From: Bacillales bacterium UBA6331
Lineage (GTDB): Bacteria; Bacillota_I; Bacilli_A; RF39; UBA660
Assembly (NCBI GenBank): GCA_002438065.1
Contig: DJSP01000086.1
Span: 1 to 43,676, forward strand
DNA: 43,676 nt
Direction of reading: 5' to 3'
The notes under the pieces were generated by a model that made no database searches, was not told where the DNA came from, and saw only the letters and a program-made list of their open reading frames with translations. The position numbers and the translations under genes were made by a program. Position 1 is the first letter of the stretch, and each line of letters begins with the position of its first letter. This document shows positions 39,210 through 43,676 of the stretch, in pieces.

Positions 39210-39254
39210 TATGTATATTTTAAATTAGTCAGTATCATCACTTTAAATTAGTCA
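39196..39254 (+). repeat. Three exact direct copies of TTTAAATTAGTCA with exactly 23-bp phasing
   Basis: Copies at 39196-39208, 39219-39231 and 39242-39254. Confidence 0.9.
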
Positions 39255-39356
39255 TATTAACAATCATCAACTTTACACCAATATTATAAAAATTATAAAA
39301 ATAATTGCGTCATCCATATTAAAATACTATAATTAAATTAAGATAAAGGAGACATT

Positions 39357-40592
39357 ATGAAAATAATAGATTTAAAATCAAGAGAAATATTAGATAGTAG
39401 AGGCAATCCAACTGTAGAAACAGATATGTATTTAGAAGATGGTACCTTTGTAAGAGCAAGTGTTCCCTCAGGTGCATCAACAGGTTCTAATGAAGCCTTG
39501 GAATTAAGAGATAATGATAAATCAAGATATAATGGAAAAGGTGTTTTAAAAGCAGTTAATAACGTAAATACTATCATAAGAAATAATCTAATTGGACTAG
39601 ATCTAAATCAACAAGAAATAGATAAATTATTAATTAAATTAGATGGTACTAAAAATAAATCTAACTTAGGTGCTAACGCTATTTTAAGCGTGTCATTATG
39701 TGTTATGAAAGCAATGGCTAAAATTAAGCATAAAGAGCTTTACGAATTATTTGCAGGCCCATATACCATGCCACACCCAATGATGAATATAATTAATGGT
39801 GGAGTTCATGCATCAAGTGGTTTAGAATTTCAAGAATTCATGATTGTGCCTAAACAAGACACTTTTAAAGAAAGATTAAGATGTGGTTCTGAGATATTCC
39901 ATAAATTACAAGAACTACTAAAAAAGAATGGTTTTTCTACAGCAGTAGGAGATGAAGGTGGCTTTGCTCCAAACTTAGATAAAATAGAAGATGCCCTAGA
40001 TTACATAGTTAAAGCTATGAAAGAAGCAGGCTATACTCCAGGAGTAGATGTATTTATCGCCTTAGATGCTGCTGCAACTGAATTTTATGATGGTGAATTT
40101 TATACAGTTAACAAAACCAAAATAACCAAAGAAGAATTAATAAATTTTTACAAAGATCTAATCAAAAAATATCCAATTATAAGTATTGAAGATGCAGCAT
40201 CTGAAAATGACATTGAAACAATTAAAACCTTAACTAAAGAAATAGGCGATAAAATAATGTTAGTAGGCGATGATTACTTTGTTACTAATATAGATTATCT
40301 AAAACAAGGAATAGAACAAAAATATAACAATTCAATCTTACTCAAAGCCAATCAAATAGGAACAATATCCGAAATGCTTCTAACAATTAAATTAGCTAAA
40401 GAACATAACTTTAAAACAATAATTTCCCATCGTAGTGGCGAAACCGAAGATACATTTATAGCAGATTTAGCAGTAGGACTAAATCTAGGCTATATTAAAA
40501 CAGGATCTCTATCAAGAGGAGAAAGAATTGCAAAATATAACGAGTTGCTTAGAATTGAAGAACAATTAGAAAATAAAACTTGGAATATGTAA
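39357..40592 (+). CDS. eno: Enolase (phosphopyruvate hydratase)
   Basis: [68 protein letters not shown]. Confidence 0.97.
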   Translation: MKIIDLKSREILDSRGNPTVETDMYLEDGTFVRASVPSGASTGSNEALELRDNDKSRYNGKGVLKAVNNVNTIIRNNLIGLDLNQQEIDKLLIKLDGTKNKSNLGANAILSVSLCVMKAMAKIKHKELYELFAGPYTMPHPMMNIINGGVHASSGLEFQEFMIVPKQDTFKERLRCGSEIFHKLQELLKKNGFSTAVGDEGGFAPNLDKIEDALDYIVKAMKEAGYTPGVDVFIALDAAATEFYDGEFYTVNKTKITKEELINFYKDLIKKYPIISIEDAASENDIETIKTLTKEIGDKIMLVGDDYFVTNIDYLKQGIEQKYNNSILLKANQIGTISEMLLTIKLAKEHNFKTIISHRSGETEDTFIADLAVGLNLGYIKTGSLSRGERIAKYNELLRIEEQLENKTWNM

Positions 40593-40595
40593 CCT

Positions 40596-40622
40596 AAACT
40601 CTATCATATTGGTAGAGTTTTT
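40596..40622 (+). terminator. Rho-independent terminator after eno
   Basis: AAACTCTA ... TAGAGTTT followed by TT. Confidence 0.65.
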
Positions 40623-40729
40623 CATAATTTATGTAAAATATTTGTTAATAAATAAACAAGTATACGTAAACCCAATTGCACAAAATAAAATAATATATTA
40701 AAATTTAAATAAGTAAGGATTGATAATAT

Positions 40730-42025
40730 ATGAATAAAAACAATAAAAAAACAATTTTATTTTTATCAATTTCAATTGTAATAATGTCTACATTGTTTAT
40801 TTCAATTGCTTATTCTTATTTTGTTGCCAAAATAAAAAATAATGAATCTGAATCTACCATATCTGTTGCTGGTGGAGAAATGATAATTAATTACCAAGAC
40901 AATACTGGTACAATTACTGCATCAAAAATAATACCATCATGGACAACTACAAAAAAGTTTACTGTTTCCGGCAAAAATGATACTGAAATAAATGATGTTA
41001 CAACTGATAATAATATGTATTATAAAATAGTTCTTGTAATAGATAATAATACTTTTAGTAAAGGTGCTTTAACATATAGCTTAGAACAAGACTCTTCTTC
41101 AGCAAGTAATGGACAAATGGCAACGAATACATCAGGCACAATAAATCAAAGTGGAGAACAATATCTAGGCCACGGTTACTTTTCAACAACATCCACATTT
41201 GTAAACCATACTTACAATTTAACAATATCATTTCCCGATACCGGAAAAGACCAATCAATAGATAACGCTAAATCATTTGCCGGTCATATTGTGATATCAG
41301 AATATACATTTTCAACACCATTTGATCAAGCTAGTTGGGATGAAATAGCAAATAATGTTAAAGCAGGTAAGGCTGAACAATTATATCCAGTAGGATCCGA
41401 AAAAGAAGTAAAAATAGATGGAAAGAGTTATACAGTTAGAGTAGCAAATAACACAACACCAGATGAATGTAACGGAGAAGATTTTTCCCAAACTGCCTGC
41501 GGATTCGTAGTAGAGTTTGTCGATATAGTTGAAAATAGAACAACTGGATTAACTAATGAAAATACTAAAACATATGTTGATAGCGAAATTAGAACATATC
41601 TAAATAATGACTTTTATAAAAAATTACCATCAGATTTACGTAGTTATATAATTCCTACTAATGTAAAATCTCTCATAGGAAACTGGAATGTTCAATTTCG
41701 AAACTATGAAGAAGTAACATCAAAAGATAAAATATTTTTGTTAAATTCTACGGAATTGACTGGAAAATATGTATATTATCCAACTTTCATTGCATCAACT
41801 AGACAATTAGACTATTATTATTCCAAACAATATGACAGTTCCACAAATCAATCCATTGCCATCAAACAATACAACAATAACGCTTCTAGTTGGTTACTTC
41901 GAGATAGATTAATACATATGGAAACTGGAAATGATTTAGTAGCAATCAATAATTCTGGATCAGCTACATACTTTACAACTTTAAATAATAGTTATGGAGT
42001 AGCACCAGCGTTCCGTATTGGATAA
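40730..42025 (+). CDS. Secreted protein with a SipW-cognate/TasA-camelysin-like N-terminus and a DUF6273-like C-terminal domain
   Basis: TM signal followed by AYSYFVAKIKNNESESTISVAGGEM (TasA-type signal/N-terminal strand pattern). The C-terminus has SWLLRD ... VAPAFRIG. Confidence 0.6.
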   Translation: MNKNNKKTILFLSISIVIMSTLFISIAYSYFVAKIKNNESESTISVAGGEMIINYQDNTGTITASKIIPSWTTTKKFTVSGKNDTEINDVTTDNNMYYKIVLVIDNNTFSKGALTYSLEQDSSSASNGQMATNTSGTINQSGEQYLGHGYFSTTSTFVNHTYNLTISFPDTGKDQSIDNAKSFAGHIVISEYTFSTPFDQASWDEIANNVKAGKAEQLYPVGSEKEVKIDGKSYTVRVANNTTPDECNGEDFSQTACGFVVEFVDIVENRTTGLTNENTKTYVDSEIRTYLNNDFYKKLPSDLRSYIIPTNVKSLIGNWNVQFRNYEEVTSKDKIFLLNSTELTGKYVYYPTFIASTRQLDYYYSKQYDSSTNQSIAIKQYNNNASSWLLRDRLIHMETGNDLVAINNSGSATYFTTLNNSYGVAPAFRIG

Positions 42026-42058
42026 AAAATATAATAATCTATATAGAAAGGACATACT

Positions 42059-43606
42059 ATGAATAAAATAAAAAAATATGAAATGCCAATATTAATTTCA
42101 ATTTCCATTTTAGTGTTTATTGCACTAGTAAGTGTTTCATATGCTTATTTTAAAGCTAGAATAAACAATTTAGAATCAGTTTCAACTATTGCGTTTACAT
42201 CTGGCGAAATGACTATTAACTATGAAAATAATTCTGCTGTCTTAACAGGTACTAATATTACACCTGGTTGGAGTACAACTAAAACGTTTACATTAAAAGG
42301 AAAAAACGATTCAAAACCAACCGATACACAACCAGATAACAATATGTACTATAAAATAGGTATTGCCGTTGATATTAATACATTTACACAAGATGCAATA
42401 AAATATTTGCTAGAAAAAGATAGCACATCTTCCGCAAATGGACAGATGCAAGATGCAACATATGGAAGTGTTCCTCAAACTGGAACTAAATATATTGGTA
42501 AAGGGTATTTTACTGAAACATCAACTTATGTAAATCATATTTATAAATTAACAATATCTTTTCCCGATAATGGCGAAAATCAATATAAAGATAATGATAA
42601 ACAATTTGCCGCTCATGTTGTAATAGAAAAGTCATCAAGTTCTGAAACTATTGATACACCATCAGTGCCAACTGCCACATATTACATTGCAAATTTATAT
42701 GAAACATCGGCAGATAATGAAGGGTTGGAACAAGATGATACAGATGATAAAAATATAAGATATGTAGGAGCAACACCAAAAAACTATATTAAATTTAATA
42801 ATGAAACATGGAGAATAATCGGCGTATTTAACGATATTACAACTATAGATGAAAACGGAAACAAAAACCAAGAATCATTGATAAAAATAATAAGAAATGA
42901 ATCATTAGGGGAATATTCCTGGGACACATGTGAATCTAGCATAAATTCAGGAAATGGAATTAATGAATGGAGCCAAGCTGATTTAATGTATGAACTAAAT
43001 TGTGATGGAAACGAAAATTCATTATATTGTCGTGAAGATATAGTAGATGGTTATTTATCATTAAATCCAACAACCGAATCACCAACATGGTACAATGGAA
43101 CAAACAATACAAAAACTGCAACTTATGATTATGGAAAAAATATAAAAAGCAGTGAAGTAGGTAAAATCGCAAATGTAATATGGAATTTAGGAGGCTATTC
43201 GACTGCTATTGTAACAGCCTATGATATGTATAACCATGAAAGAGGTTATGAATATATAAGTAATCCATCTGATGGTGAAAATAGAACAACAGAGTGGAAT
43301 GGAAAAATTGGACTTATGTATCCAAGCGACTATGGCTATGCATCAACTGATACAACATGTAGATCAAATTTAAATGATATAAGTTGTTCAAATTTAAATT
43401 GGTTATTTAATAATGAGCATCAATGGACACTAACACCAAGTTCAAATCTATCTACAGGAGCATTTTATTTATATCAAGCAGGATATTTTGGAAACAGGGC
43501 ATACGTTCGTAATACTGAAGCTGTTCGCCCAGTACTTTTCTTAAAATTTAATGTGGTCATAACAGCAGGAGTAGGAGAAGTAGAGGATCCTTATATCATT
43601 GGATAA
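42059..43606 (+). CDS. Paralog of the preceding gene: the same TasA-like N-terminal module with a longer, different C-terminal domain
   Basis: By eye the N-terminal ~190 aa match 40730-42025 at roughly half of positions (for example PDNNMYYKIGIAVD, SSANGQM, YVNHIYKLTISFPD). The C-terminus has QWTLTPSS ... AVRPVLFLK. Confidence 0.6.
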   Translation: MNKIKKYEMPILISISILVFIALVSVSYAYFKARINNLESVSTIAFTSGEMTINYENNSAVLTGTNITPGWSTTKTFTLKGKNDSKPTDTQPDNNMYYKIGIAVDINTFTQDAIKYLLEKDSTSSANGQMQDATYGSVPQTGTKYIGKGYFTETSTYVNHIYKLTISFPDNGENQYKDNDKQFAAHVVIEKSSSSETIDTPSVPTATYYIANLYETSADNEGLEQDDTDDKNIRYVGATPKNYIKFNNETWRIIGVFNDITTIDENGNKNQESLIKIIRNESLGEYSWDTCESSINSGNGINEWSQADLMYELNCDGNENSLYCREDIVDGYLSLNPTTESPTWYNGTNNTKTATYDYGKNIKSSEVGKIANVIWNLGGYSTAIVTAYDMYNHERGYEYISNPSDGENRTTEWNGKIGLMYPSDYGYASTDTTCRSNLNDISCSNLNWLFNNEHQWTLTPSSNLSTGAFYLYQAGYFGNRAYVRNTEAVRPVLFLKFNVVITAGVGEVEDPYIIG

Positions 43607-43620
43607 ATTATTATTATTTC

Positions 43621-43651
43621 AAAAAAATTCAACATGTGGTTGGATTTTTTT
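43621..43651 (+). terminator. Rho-independent terminator
   Basis: AAAAAAATTCAAC-ATGTG-GTTGGATTTTTTT. Confidence 0.65.
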
Positions 43652-43676
43652 AATGTTTTTTATTTTCTCCAATTTT

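Noticed and set aside
39196-39254. Possible CRISPR array, considered because of evenly spaced exact repeats.
   Set aside because: There are only three 13-bp units with 10-bp spacers, far below CRISPR repeat and spacer sizes, and no cas genes in the window. No other CRISPR-like periodicity was seen anywhere in the window.

Overview
This is a very AT-rich (low-GC) chromosomal window from an endospore-forming Bacillota-type bacterium. It uses the standard code: TGA acts as a stop, for example at the yabP/yabQ overlap. All calls come from reading the sequence and recalling motifs; no database search was run.

Most of the window is recognisable core gene content:
- An arginine deiminase operon (arcA-arcB-arcC) in which carbamate kinase is fused in frame to a YfcC/ArcD-type membrane carrier.
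- A fused binding-protein/permease amino-acid ABC importer and its ATPase.
- A divergent ClpX paralog, a transglutaminase-like protein and a U32 peptidase.
- A compact sporulation/division block (yabG-veg-spoVG-yabP-yabQ-divIC), followed directly by tmRNA (ssrA).
- A run of uncharacterised envelope proteins ending at a lone tRNA-Cys.
- A DagK-type lipid kinase, YfhO, TypA/BipA, two DUF4143-type AAA ATPases, rubrerythrin, a FemAB-type transferase and enolase.
- Two tandem secreted paralogs with TasA/SipW-type N-termini.
- At the left edge, a dual-HTH XRE regulator, an unknown ORF and a 1048-aa UvrD-like helicase with a nuclease-like insert and zinc ribbons.

The most interesting locus is a minus-strand operon at about 25586-28431, which is absent in part from the ORF track. 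It has four elements:
- A near-consensus sigma-A promoter.
- A strongly Shine-Dalgarno-led 21-aa ORF (MKFGVKKLRVVKFACHVDQNC), followed by a leaky-terminator hairpin.
- A PqqD/RRE-like domain joined to a ThiF/MoeB/MccB-type E1-like adenylyltransferase. The two parts are split by a 1-nt frame change in an A5 run.
- A translationally coupled ABC-F (no transmembrane domain) ATPase.

I read this as a candidate undescribed peptide-modification system with ABC-F self-protection, similar in logic to microcin C. An attenuator explanation for the small ORF is also recorded.

Other oddities are a diverged ~170-bp direct repeat at the window start and next to ssrA, phased 13-bp repeats, paired palindromic operators, and a start codon separated from its SD by a hairpin.
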